The notes below the pieces were generated by a model, which searched no databases, was not told where the DNA came from, and saw only the letters and a list, made by a program, of their open reading frames with translations. DNA of 64,000 bases from Falsiroseomonas sp. (GTDB lineage: Bacteria; Pseudomonadota; Alphaproteobacteria; Acetobacterales; Acetobacteraceae), in NCBI RefSeq assembly GCF_030695085.1, contig NZ_JAUYTS010000079.1, forward strand, positions 15,208 to 79,207. Direction: 5' to 3'. Below, piece after piece: positions 46,285-55,838 of the stretch (its first letter is position 1; the number at the start of each line of letters is the position of its first letter). The translations under genes and the position numbers were made by a program.

Positions 46285-46971
46285 ATGGCGCCCGTGCTGA
46301 TCATCGGCGCGGGCGGCCACTCACTTGTGGTGATCGAGGCGCTGCGCGCCTGCGGCCGGCCCATCGCGGGGCTGCTGGATGATGCGCCGGGCCGCGAATC
46401 GGGCGCCGGGCCGCTGCTCGGCTGCGCGATTCTCGGCGCCACCGCGCTGCTTCCCCGCCTGCGCGCGGAGGGCGTGGCCGAGGCGGTCATCGCCATCGGT
46501 GACAATGCCACCCGCGAGACCCTCGGCGCGCGCTGCGAGGCCGCTGGCTTCACCCTGCCGCCGCTGATCCACCCCGCGGCGCTGGTCTCGCCTTCCGCCA
46601 GCCTGGGCGCAGGCAGCCAGGTGATGGCGCGCGCGCTGCTCGGGCCCCTGGCACGGCTGGGGCGGCTGGTCCTGGTCAATACCGGCGCCATCGTGGAGCA
46701 TGAATGCCAGCTGGACGACGCCGCCCATCTCGGCCCCGGCGCCGTGCTGTGCGGCGGTGTGACGCTGGGCCGGCGTGCGCTGGTGGCCGCCAGCGCCGTG
46801 GTGCGCCCTGCGGTGCTGATCGGTGCCGATGCCCTGGTGGCGCCGGGCGCGGCGGTGGCAGGGCCGGTTCCGGATGGCGCATGTCTGGGCGGCGTACCGG
46901 CGCGGCCGATCGCGCGCGCGGCGACCGCGCAAGGGGCGCCGTCTGGCGCGCGGGCCGCGCGAGGGGATTGA
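46285..46971 (+). CDS. NeuD/PglD/VioB-family sugar acetyltransferase
   Basis: VLIIGAGGHS, IAIGDNATR, LIHPAALVSPSA, NTGAIVEHEC and hexapeptide repeats. Confidence 0.88.
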   Translation: MAPVLIIGAGGHSLVVIEALRACGRPIAGLLDDAPGRESGAGPLLGCAILGATALLPRLRAEGVAEAVIAIGDNATRETLGARCEAAGFTLPPLIHPAALVSPSASLGAGSQVMARALLGPLARLGRLVLVNTGAIVEHECQLDDAAHLGPGAVLCGGVTLGRRALVAASAVVRPAVLIGADALVAPGAAVAGPVPDGACLGGVPARPIARAATAQGAPSGARAARGD

Positions 46972-47101
46972 AAAGACACGTCCCAGGGCGCGTCCTGGTT
47001 GTGCGCTGCCCCCGGCGCGCCGTTTCCTGCATCACAAAAAACGCGCGTCTGTAACCACCGAGTGGTGGAATTTCCTTGCGAAGTGGAAATACTCTCCCGC
47101 C

Positions 47102-47380
47102 ATGGAAACAGCTTCCAAACCTGCCCAGGGTCAGCGCGACCTGCTTGGACTGCGGCCACCCACGCAACTCGTGGGGACCGGCCCTGTGCCGGCCGCCCGA
47201 ACCGACCGCGCGACCGCGCCGGAGCCGACCCCCGCACGCCCCGACTACCCCGTCATCTCCTCCGGCTGGGCGGATGAGGATACCGGCCCGGCCAGCAAGA
47301 CCAGCGACATGATGACCGCGGTGCGGGCGGCGCTGATGCTGCTGGCGGTGATGGTTGGAATCGGCCTGCTGATCGGCTGA
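47102..47380 (+). CDS. Small hypothetical protein with C-terminal TM anchor
   Basis: 92 aa; Pro/Thr-rich hydrophilic body and C-terminal AVRAALMLLAVMVGIGLLIG; AT-richer upstream region. Confidence 0.5.
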   Translation: METASKPAQGQRDLLGLRPPTQLVGTGPVPAARTDRATAPEPTPARPDYPVISSGWADEDTGPASKTSDMMTAVRAALMLLAVMVGIGLLIG

Positions 47381-47644
47381 AGCGCCGTCAGGGCCGCACC
47401 ACGCGCGCCACACAGGCCGCCGCCGCCCGGATATCGGTTGGCGCGACAACGCAGCGGTGCCGCCTGGTGGCGGGTCCGCGGTGATCCCGGCCAGCAGCCA
47501 TCCGCACGCTGCGGCGCGCGGATTTCCGCCGACTGGCCCAACCCGGCGCGGCCGGGCGATGACCGCCGCGGCCTGATCACGATGCTGCGCGGCGCGCCGG
47601 GACTTGCCCCGCCCTCGCCACTCCCGCAATTTGCCGGCGACTTG

Positions 47645-49765
47645 ATGGGGGAGGCGTCGCTGGCATTCCGGGATCTCGATCGGCTGTTGCGGCCGCGCTC
47701 CGTCGCCGTGGTCGGTGCCTCCGACGACGCCACCCGCATCGGCGGGCGGCCACTGGCCTATATGCTCTCCCAGGGTTTCAGCGGCGCATTGATGCCGGTG
47801 AACCCGAATCGCGCCACGGTGCAGGGCGTGCCGGCCTTCGCCAGCGTCAGCGACCTGCCGGAGGCGCCGGATGCCGCGATCGTCGCCATCCCCGGGGAGG
47901 CCGCGATCCAGGCGGTGGCCGATCTCGGCGCGCGGGGCTGCGGGGCCGCCATCGTCTTCACCGCCGGCTTCGCCGAAACGGGGGAGGCCGGTGCGGCCAT
48001 GCAGGCCCGGCTGCTGGAGGCGGCGCGGCCTTCCGGCATGCGGCTGCTCGGGCCCAACTGCCTCGGCCTGTTCAACGCAACGCTCGGCTACTACCCGATC
48101 TTCTCCGCCAGCTTCGAGAATGGCTGGCCCCGCCAGGCGCGGACCGGCATGGGCGGCGTCGGAATCGCCAGCCAATCCGGCGCCTATGGCAGCCACCTGT
48201 TCGCCGCCGCACGCGACCGCGGCATCGCCACGCCGGTGCTGGTGACCACGGGGAACGAGGCCGATCTCGGCCTGTCCGATATCATCGGCTGGATGGCGGA
48301 AAGCGAGGAGGTGCAGGTCATCGCGGCTTACGCCGAGGGCATCCAGAACGGCCCGCGCTTCATCGCGGCGCTGGAGGCGGCGCGGGCGGCCAGGAAGCCG
48401 GTGGTGATGATGAAGGTCGGGCGCAGCAAGCTCGGCCAGGCGGCGGCGCAATCCCACACCGCCTCCATCGCCGGCGATGACCGGGTGATGGATGCGGTGC
48501 TGGCCGAGTTCGGCGTGCATCGCGCGCGGACCACCGAAGAATTGCTGGATGTCTGCTACGTCGCCCAGCGCGGCATTTTCCCGGCGCGCAACTCACTCGG
48601 CGTAGTGACGATCTCGGGCGGCGCCGGCGTGCTGATGTCGGATGCGGCGGAGGCGGTGGGGCTGCCCATGCCGCCGATGCCGGAGGATGCACAGGCGAAG
48701 CTGAAGGCGCTGGTGCCTTTCTCCTCGCCCCTGAACCCCGTGGACTGCACGGCCCAGGCCTTCAACGACATGAGCGTGATCGGCGCCTTCGCCGAATCCA
48801 TGGTCACCGATGGCGGCTATGCCAGCGTCATCGCCTTCTTCACCCAATGGGGGGCCAGCCCCTCCATGGCGCCGCGTCTGCGGGCCGAATTGAAGAAGGT
48901 GCTGGATGCGCACCCGGACCGCATCTTCCTGCTGTCCATCCTGGCGCCGGTGGAACGGGTGCGGGAGTGGGAGGCGGATGGCTTCCTGTGCATGGAGGAC
49001 CCCTCCCGCGCCGTGGTGGCGCTGGCCGCCATGGGCCGTTTTGGTGAAGCCTTCGCCCAGCCGGCCAATCCACCCGAAACCCTGCCCGCCATCCCGCTGC
49101 CTGCCCGCGCGCCGAATGAGTCGGACGCCAAGCGCATCCTGGACGCCGCCGGCATCCCGATGGTGCCCGAAGCCGCCTGCCAGAGCGCCGAGGATGCGGT
49201 GAATGCCGCGGATGCCATCGGCTACCCGGTGGTCGCCAAGATCCTGTCACCCGACATCCTGCACAAATCCGAGATCGGCGGCGTGCTGCTGAACCTGGCC
49301 GATGCCGGCGCGGTGCGGGACGGCTTCGCCCTGTTGCAGCAGCGCGCCTGTGCCCATGCGCCGGGCGCGCGGCTCGATGGCGTGCTGATTGCCAGGCAGG
49401 TGGTGGGCGGCACCGAAATCGCGCTCGGCGTGGTGCGGGACCCGGTGTTCGGCCCGATGGCGATGGTGGGCCTCGGCGGCGTCTTCATCGAGATTTTCGC
49501 CGATGTCGCCTTCCGCCGCTGCCCGGTGGATGCGACGCAGGCGGAGGCGATGATCCGCTCGCTGCGCGGCTTTCCCCTGCTGGATGGTGCGCGCGGCAAA
49601 CCGAAGGCGGATGTGGCGGCGCTGGTGCAGGCGCTGGTGGCGCTGTCCCGCTTCGGTGCCGCGGCCGGGCCGCGCCTCGCCTCGGCGGAGATCAACCCGC
49701 TGCTGGTACTGCCCGCCGGCCAGGGCGCCTTTGCCGCCGATGCCGTGCTCGAACTGACGGACTGA
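47645..49765 (+). CDS. Acetate-CoA ligase (ADP-forming) family acyl-CoA synthetase
   Basis: PRSVAVVGASDD CoA-binding domain, RLLGPNCLG, SQSGAYG, HTASIAG (phospho-His), LNPVD and VVAKILSPDILHKSEIGGV ATP-grasp; exact start uncertain. Confidence 0.9.
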   Translation: MGEASLAFRDLDRLLRPRSVAVVGASDDATRIGGRPLAYMLSQGFSGALMPVNPNRATVQGVPAFASVSDLPEAPDAAIVAIPGEAAIQAVADLGARGCGAAIVFTAGFAETGEAGAAMQARLLEAARPSGMRLLGPNCLGLFNATLGYYPIFSASFENGWPRQARTGMGGVGIASQSGAYGSHLFAAARDRGIATPVLVTTGNEADLGLSDIIGWMAESEEVQVIAAYAEGIQNGPRFIAALEAARAARKPVVMMKVGRSKLGQAAAQSHTASIAGDDRVMDAVLAEFGVHRARTTEELLDVCYVAQRGIFPARNSLGVVTISGGAGVLMSDAAEAVGLPMPPMPEDAQAKLKALVPFSSPLNPVDCTAQAFNDMSVIGAFAESMVTDGGYASVIAFFTQWGASPSMAPRLRAELKKVLDAHPDRIFLLSILAPVERVREWEADGFLCMEDPSRAVVALAAMGRFGEAFAQPANPPETLPAIPLPARAPNESDAKRILDAAGIPMVPEAACQSAEDAVNAADAIGYPVVAKILSPDILHKSEIGGVLLNLADAGAVRDGFALLQQRACAHAPGARLDGVLIARQVVGGTEIALGVVRDPVFGPMAMVGLGGVFIEIFADVAFRRCPVDATQAEAMIRSLRGFPLLDGARGKPKADVAALVQALVALSRFGAAAGPRLASAEINPLLVLPAGQGAFAADAVLELTD

Positions 49766-49767
49766 CC

Positions 49768-50628
49768 ATGCCGATCGACTATCAGACCCTTCTGAACTTC
49801 CCGATCCCGGAGATCCGCCAGCATCTCCGCTGGCAGGATTCGTCGCTGTATGCCCTGTCGCTCGGTGTCGGGCAGGACCCGATGGACAGTGCGGCGCTGC
49901 GCTATGTGACGGAGGGCGCGGCAATGCGCGCGCTGCCGACCATGGCGGTGGTGCTGGGCTATCCCGGCTTCTGGCTGGCAGACCCGGCGACGGGTGTGGA
50001 TGCCGTGAAGCTGGTGGCCGGCGAACAGGCTGTGGAACTGTTCGCCCCGCTGCCAACCAGCGGCACGGTGGTCGGCAAATCCCGCGTCACCGGCCTGGTG
50101 GATCGCGGCGCCGGCAAGGGCGCCTTGCTCTACACGGCGCGTGACATCCTGGACGAGGCGACGGGTGCGAAACTCGCCACGGTGGAGAACACCACCTTCC
50201 TGCGCGGCGATGGCGGTTTTGGCGGGCCGGATGGGCCGGTGAAGCGGCTGGCCGCGGAACCGGACACCGCGCCGGAGATCACGCTGGACCTGCCGACGCG
50301 CCCCGAAATGGCGCTGATCTACCGCCTGAACGGCGACCACAACCCGCTGCACAGCGACCCGGCCTTGGCCGCCAAGGCTGGCTTCCCACGGCCGATCCTG
50401 CATGGCCTTGGCACCTTCGGCGTGGTCAGCCGCGCGCTGCTGGCGGCCATCTGCGCGCATGACCCGGATCGCTTCGGCCGCATGGAATGCCGCTTCTCCG
50501 CCCCCGTCTTCCCGGGCGAGACCATCCGCACCGAAATCTGGCGCACCCCCGGCGGCGCGGCCTTCCGCGCCAAGGTGGTGGAGCGCGACCTGACCGTCAT
50601 CAGCCACGGCGCCTTCCGCACCCGCTGA
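49768..50628 (+). CDS. MaoC/MFE-2-like double hot-dog enoyl-CoA hydratase
   Basis: LYALSLGVG and YRLNGDHNPLHSDP..AGFPRPILHGLGTFG hydratase-2 motif. Confidence 0.88.
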   Translation: MPIDYQTLLNFPIPEIRQHLRWQDSSLYALSLGVGQDPMDSAALRYVTEGAAMRALPTMAVVLGYPGFWLADPATGVDAVKLVAGEQAVELFAPLPTSGTVVGKSRVTGLVDRGAGKGALLYTARDILDEATGAKLATVENTTFLRGDGGFGGPDGPVKRLAAEPDTAPEITLDLPTRPEMALIYRLNGDHNPLHSDPALAAKAGFPRPILHGLGTFGVVSRALLAAICAHDPDRFGRMECRFSAPVFPGETIRTEIWRTPGGAAFRAKVVERDLTVISHGAFRTR

Positions 50629-50667
50629 ATCACCCCGCTAGCTGAACCACAGGAATTGAGGGCGGAT

Positions 50668-51348
50668 ATGATCAACAAGATCGTCCAGTCGATCGCGGAA
50701 TCGCTGGAAGGCGTGCAGCACGGCGCCACGGTGCTGATGGGCGGCTTTGGCGCCGTCGGCCAGCCGGATGAACTGATCGAGGGCCTGCTGGAACAGGGCG
50801 CGCGCGACCTGGTGGTGGTCGCCAACAATGCCGGCGCCGGCAAGGTCGGCCTGGCGCGGCTGATGATGGAAGGCCGCGTGCGGAAAATCATCTGCTCCTT
50901 CCCCCGCTCCGCCGGATCGACGGTGTTCGAGGAGCTGTACCGCGCCGGCAAGCTGGAGCTGGAGATCGTGCCGCAGGGCACGCTGGCCGAGCGCATGCGC
51001 GCCGCCGGCGCCGGCATCCCGGCCTTCTTCACGCCGACGGGCGCCGGCACGAAGCTCGCCCAGGGCAAGGAAAGCCGCGTCTTCAACGGCCGCGAGCATA
51101 TTCTGGAGCACGCCCTGCCCGGCGATGTCGCGCTGGTCGAGGCCTGGCAGGCGGATCGCTGGGGCAACCTGACCTACCGGGAATCGGGTCGGAACTTCAA
51201 TCCGGTGATGGCCATGGCCGCGACCCTGACCGTGGCGCAGACCCATCATGTCGTGGAACTCGGCGAGATCGCGCCGGACCATGTCCACACGCCGGGCATC
51301 TTCGTCCAGCGCGTCATCGAGGTCCGGCGCGGCGCGCCCTGGGTCTGA
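50668..51348 (+). CDS. Family I CoA transferase subunit A (PcaI-like)
   Basis: MGGFG, NNAG, PQGTLAERMRAAGAGIPAF, NFNPVMAMAA and TPGIFVQR motifs. Confidence 0.92.
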   Translation: MINKIVQSIAESLEGVQHGATVLMGGFGAVGQPDELIEGLLEQGARDLVVVANNAGAGKVGLARLMMEGRVRKIICSFPRSAGSTVFEELYRAGKLELEIVPQGTLAERMRAAGAGIPAFFTPTGAGTKLAQGKESRVFNGREHILEHALPGDVALVEAWQADRWGNLTYRESGRNFNPVMAMAATLTVAQTHHVVELGEIAPDHVHTPGIFVQRVIEVRRGAPWV

Positions 51349-51351
51349 CGT

Positions 51352-51756
51352 TCAGTTGGCGGTGACGGTCGCCTCGACATCCTTCATCGAATGGCCGGTG
51401 AGGTCCTTGGCGATTTCGCCGAGCAGCTTCGCCGAGAGGGTCTTGTGATAGTGCTTGCGCAGCTCGCCCAGCGTGCGCGGCGCGGCGATGATGACCAGGT
51501 TCTCGATATGGCCGGCCATCACCTGCTGGTTCAGCATCGCGGCGACGCCGGCCGCGAAGCCATCCTCGTCCTGCTGGCTGTCGCTAGGGTTGGCGGAACT
51601 GCTGGCATGGCGGCCACCGCTGCCCTTGTTGTCGGAATCGACCGCAGGCGGCTGCATCGCGGCGAGATTCATCGCGCCGGCGTCGCCATCATTGCGGAAA
51701 AGCTGGAGCTTCTCGCCATCGACGACGGCGACGTAGGCATTGTTGGGAAGCTGCAT
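51352..51756 (-). CDS. Host-attachment/AtsE-like protein (baeRF12 release-factor-like family)
   Basis: VAVVDGEK..FRNDGD, EDGFAAGVA..L and IIAAPRTLGELRKH..EIAKDLT motifs. Confidence 0.8.
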   Translation of the reverse strand: MQLPNNAYVAVVDGEKLQLFRNDGDAGAMNLAAMQPPAVDSDNKGSGGRHASSSANPSDSQQDEDGFAAGVAAMLNQQVMAGHIENLVIIAAPRTLGELRKHYHKTLSAKLLGEIAKDLTGHSMKDVEATVTAN

Positions 51757-51919
51757 GGGAAACTCCTGGGAAAGGCGCCGCGCGAAGACCAGCCGGCCAG
51801 ATGCCGGCGGAAGGGGCGCCCCCGCATCTCCAACGCCCGGGCGGCGCGTTGGCTCCCTGGCACCACCCCGGCAGGGGCGATAAACTGACCGCAAAGCGGA
51901 CCGGCAGGAGAACGACGCG

Positions 51920-52567
51920 ATGGCGGGTGTGACGCGGCAGGGGATGGCGGCGCGGGTGGCGCAGGACATTCCGGAGGGGTGGTTCGTCAATCTCGGGATC
52001 GGCATCCCCACCATGGTGGCGGATCATGTGCCGGTGGAGCGGGAGGTGATCCTGCATTCCGAGAACGGCATCCTGGGCATGGGCCCGGCGCCGGAACCGG
52101 GGAAGGGCAATGCCTGGCTGGTCAATGCCGGCAAGCAGCAGGTCACGCTGCGTCCGGGCGGCAGCTTCTTCCACCATGCCGACAGCTTCGGGATGATCCG
52201 CGGCGGGCATATCGATCTGTGCGTGCTCGGCGCCTTCGAGGTCGCGGAGAATGGCGACATCGCCAATTGGGCAACCAGCGAGAACGACACGGCGCCGGCC
52301 GTGGGCGGCGCGATGGATCTGGCCGCCGGTGCCAAGCGGCTGTGGGTGGTGATGGACCACACCACCAAGGATGGCCGCCCCAAGCTGGTGGAGAATTGCG
52401 GCTACCCGCTGACGGCGCCCGGCGCGGTGCAGCGCATTTACACCAATCTGGCCGTGATCGATGTGGTGCAGGGCCGCGGCTTCGTGCTGCGGGAGATTCT
52501 GGCGGAAGGCATGTCGCTCGCCGATCTGCAGGCGCAGACCGGCGCCGCGCTGCACACCGACTCATGA
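51920..52567 (+). CDS. Family I CoA transferase subunit B (PcaJ-like)
   Basis: VNLGIGIPT, LHSENG (catalytic Glu), RGGHIDLCVLGAFEV and VGGAMDLAAGA motifs. Confidence 0.92.
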   Translation: MAGVTRQGMAARVAQDIPEGWFVNLGIGIPTMVADHVPVEREVILHSENGILGMGPAPEPGKGNAWLVNAGKQQVTLRPGGSFFHHADSFGMIRGGHIDLCVLGAFEVAENGDIANWATSENDTAPAVGGAMDLAAGAKRLWVVMDHTTKDGRPKLVENCGYPLTAPGAVQRIYTNLAVIDVVQGRGFVLREILAEGMSLADLQAQTGAALHTDS

Positions 52568-53340
52568 GTGAGGCCCCGACGATGCGCGTCGCGCAGGAAC
52601 GCGCGGGCGGCGTGCTGACGCTGACGCTGGACTACCCGGCCCGGCGCAACGCCCTGTCCGTGCCGCTGCGCGAACAGTTGTTCGAGGCGCTGGAGGCCGC
52701 GCAGGGCGATACGGCCGTGCGCGCCGTGGTGATCACCGGCGCGGGCGGCACCTTCTGCTCGGGCGGCGACATTTCCGGCATGGATGTGCGGGATGCGGAG
52801 CAGGGGCGGGAGAGGATGCGGCGCACGCACCGCATCATCCGCCTGATGGTCGGCGGACGCCTGCCGATCGTGGCGGCCGTGGAGGGCTGGTGCGTCGGCG
52901 CCGGCCTGTCCGTGGCCTGTGCCAGCGACACCATCGTGGCCTCGGCCGAGGCGCGCTTCATGGCGGGCTTCAACAAGGTGGGGCTGATGGCCGATCTCGG
53001 CCTGCCCTTCACCCTGCCGGCGCGGATCGGCGTGGCCCGCGCGCGCCAGGTGCTGTTCTACGCGGAGCCGATAGGGGCGGAGGCGGCGGAGCGCATCGGG
53101 CTGGTCGATCGCCTGGTGCCGAAGGGCACGGCGCTGGCGGCCGCGCAGCTCGTGGCGCAGGGCCTCGCCGCCCAGGCCGCCCTGCCGATCGCGCTGACCA
53201 AACGCATGCTGGCCGAGGGGCTGGATGCGGCGCTGGAACGGGAACGCGACTGGCAGACCATGTGCTTCCTCTCGGCCGACCACGCCGAAGGCCGCGAAGC
53301 CTTCATGGCGAAGCGGGAGCCGGTGTTCGGCGGCGGTTGA
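52564..53340 (+). CDS. Enoyl-CoA hydratase/isomerase (crotonase) family protein
   Basis: RRNALS, FCSGGDI, VAAVEGWCVGAG, GLMADLG and DHAEGREAF motifs. Confidence 0.9.
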   Translation: MSEAPTMRVAQERAGGVLTLTLDYPARRNALSVPLREQLFEALEAAQGDTAVRAVVITGAGGTFCSGGDISGMDVRDAEQGRERMRRTHRIIRLMVGGRLPIVAAVEGWCVGAGLSVACASDTIVASAEARFMAGFNKVGLMADLGLPFTLPARIGVARARQVLFYAEPIGAEAAERIGLVDRLVPKGTALAAAQLVAQGLAAQAALPIALTKRMLAEGLDAALERERDWQTMCFLSADHAEGREAFMAKREPVFGGG

Positions 53341-53392
53341 CCATCCCGCCCTTGCGACGCAGCCTGATGGCGACGCAAGGGGAAGCCGCGAC

Positions 53393-54787
53393 ATGACCGA
53401 GTATTGGCGCCTGCCAGCCACCGAGATCGCCGCCCTCGTGCGAAGCCGCGCGGTGAGCGCGGTGGAGGTGGCGCGCGATGCGTTGGCCCGGCTGGATGCG
53501 GCGAACCCGGCCATCAACGCGGTGGTGGACCATCGGCCGGAGGATGTGCTGGCGCAGGCCGCCGTGATCGATGCCGCGATCGGCCGCGGCGAGGACCCCG
53601 GCCCGATGGCTGGCGTGCCGGTGACCATCAAGGTCAATGTGGACCAGACCGGCTACGCCACCACCAATGGCCTGCGCCTGCAGAAGGACCTGGTGGCCAC
53701 CCAGGACAATCCGGTGGTGGCGAATTTCCGCCGTGCCGGCGCGGTGCTGCTGGGGCGGACCAATACGCCCGCCTTCTCGCTGCGCTGGTTCTGCCGCAAC
53801 GGAATCCACGGCCACACGAAGAATCCGCGCGATGCGTCCATCACGCCCGGCGGGTCCTCCGGCGGTGCGGCGGCGGGCGTCGCGGCGGGCATTGGCGCGG
53901 TGGGGCATGGCACGGATATCGGCGGCTCCATCCGCTACCCGGCCTATGCCTGCGGCGTGCATGGGCTGCGGCCGACGCTCGGGCGGATTCCGGCCTGGAA
54001 CGCCTCGGGGGCGGAACGCCATGTCGGCGGGCAGTTGATGGCCGTCTCCGGCCCCATCGCGCGCACCATCGGCGATCTGCGCCTGGGCTTCGCGGCAATG
54101 AGCGCGCGGGACATTCGCGACCCCTGGTGGGTCGATGCCGCGGAGGTCGGCCCTCCCGTCGAAAAGCGTGCCGCGCTGTGCATCCGCCCCGAAGGCATGC
54201 CCACGGCACCGGAGGTGGAGGCCGCCTTGCGCGATGCCGCCCGCCGGCTGGAGGCCGATGGCTGGGTGGTGGAGGAGGTGGAATGCCCGCCGCTGCGCGA
54301 GCCGGCCGCGATCCAGGCCATGCTGTGGCTGGCCGAAAGCCGCCGCGGCCTGAATTCGGCCCTGCACCAGGAAGCCGACCCGGATGCCAGCTTCGTGTTC
54401 GCCCAGATGGAGGCGCTGTGCCCGGAGCCCGACCTCAACGCCTTCATGGACGGCCTGCAGAAGCGCGCCTTCTTCGTCCGCGCCTGGATGACCTTCTTCG
54501 AGCGCTATCCGCTGGCCATCACCCCGGTCTCCGCCGAACTGCCCTTCCCGGACCAGGACGACGTGACCAGCCCGGCGCGGTTCCGCCAGATCATGGACGC
54601 CCAGCTCACCCAGGTCGGCCTGCCGCTGATGGGCCTGCCCGGGCTGGTGGTGACCACGGGCCTCGTCGGCCGCGTGCCGGTGGGCGCGCAGCTTCTGGCC
54701 GGGCGGTACCGGGAGGATGTGCTGTTCGCCGCGGCGGAGGTGATCGAGGCCGCCGGCGTGCCGGCAAGCCCGGTGGACCCGCGCTGA
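53393..54787 (+). CDS. Amidase signature family protein
   Basis: GVPVTIKVN (Lys), PGGSSGGAAA and GTDIGGSIRYPA (Ser-cisSer-Lys triad). Confidence 0.93.
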   Translation: MTEYWRLPATEIAALVRSRAVSAVEVARDALARLDAANPAINAVVDHRPEDVLAQAAVIDAAIGRGEDPGPMAGVPVTIKVNVDQTGYATTNGLRLQKDLVATQDNPVVANFRRAGAVLLGRTNTPAFSLRWFCRNGIHGHTKNPRDASITPGGSSGGAAAGVAAGIGAVGHGTDIGGSIRYPAYACGVHGLRPTLGRIPAWNASGAERHVGGQLMAVSGPIARTIGDLRLGFAAMSARDIRDPWWVDAAEVGPPVEKRAALCIRPEGMPTAPEVEAALRDAARRLEADGWVVEEVECPPLREPAAIQAMLWLAESRRGLNSALHQEADPDASFVFAQMEALCPEPDLNAFMDGLQKRAFFVRAWMTFFERYPLAITPVSAELPFPDQDDVTSPARFRQIMDAQLTQVGLPLMGLPGLVVTTGLVGRVPVGAQLLAGRYREDVLFAAAEVIEAAGVPASPVDPR

Positions 54788-54860
54788 CCGGGTGGGTTGT
54801 TCCGGGCCTGCGCCCCGCGCCATGATGCGGCCGGAGCAACGTCCAAAGAAAGAACAAGCC

Positions 54861-55838
54861 ATGCCGCAACGTCGCACGCTGCTGGCCGCCGCACTCGCGG
54901 CGCCCTTTGCCGCCCGTACCGCCCAGGCGCAAACCTGGCCGACGCGGCCGGTCCGGATCGTGGAGCCGGGCGCGCCCGGTGGCGGCAACGACACCACCAT
55001 CCGGCTGTTCGCGCCCTATCTGGACCAGGCGCTCGGCCAGCCCTTCGTCATCGACAACCGCCCGGGTGCCGGTGGGCGCGTCGGCGTGGAGCATGCCTTC
55101 CGCGCGGCGCCGGACGGGTCCACGCTGCTGCTCGGCAATGCCGGGTCCAACGGCATCAATGCCGCGATCTACCCGGACCTGCCCTATAACCTCGAGACGG
55201 ACTTCGTGCCGATCTCCCTGCTGGTGACCGGGCCGAACGTGCTGGTGGTCAACCCGCGCGTCTTTCCGGTGGATAGCGTCGCGGCGCTGATCGCCGCGAT
55301 CAAGGCGCAGCCGGCGGGGCATTTCAACTATGGCAGCGGCGGCGTCGGATCTTCCGCGCATCTGTCGGCGGAGCTGTTCTGCATGATGGCCGGCGTGCGG
55401 ATGGAGCACATCCCCTATCGCGGCGCCTCGCAGATGGGCCAGGGCGTGATCAGCGGCGACACGCCGTTCCTCATCGCCAATATGGTCAACATCCTGCCCT
55501 TCGTCCGCCGCGGCGATGTGAAGATGCTGGCCGTCACCAGCCTGGAACGCTGGCCGGATACGCCGGAGGTGCCGACGCTGCATGAATCCGGCCTGCCGGG
55601 CTTCGAGACCATCGCCTGTAACGCACTGTTCGGCCCGCCCGGCCTGCCGCGGCCGATCGCGGATCGGCTGGTGCCGGAATTGCAGCGTATCGGCCGCATG
55701 CCGGAAGTGGTGGACCGCGTGAAGCTGATCGGCGGGCAGGTCATCGCCAGCGGGCCGGATGTGCTGGCCGCCCGGGTGCGAAGCGATATCGCCAAGTGGA
55801 AGGACCTGGCGGCCCGCGCGAATATCCGCGTCACATGA
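54861..55838 (+). CDS. Tripartite tricarboxylate transporter substrate-binding protein (Bug/TctC family)
   Basis: Tat-like RR leader; WPTRPVRIV, NRPGAGG, YGSGGVGSSAHL and IPYRG motifs. Confidence 0.92.
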   Translation: MPQRRTLLAAALAAPFAARTAQAQTWPTRPVRIVEPGAPGGGNDTTIRLFAPYLDQALGQPFVIDNRPGAGGRVGVEHAFRAAPDGSTLLLGNAGSNGINAAIYPDLPYNLETDFVPISLLVTGPNVLVVNPRVFPVDSVAALIAAIKAQPAGHFNYGSGGVGSSAHLSAELFCMMAGVRMEHIPYRGASQMGQGVISGDTPFLIANMVNILPFVRRGDVKMLAVTSLERWPDTPEVPTLHESGLPGFETIACNALFGPPGLPRPIADRLVPELQRIGRMPEVVDRVKLIGGQVIASGPDVLAARVRSDIAKWKDLAARANIRVT

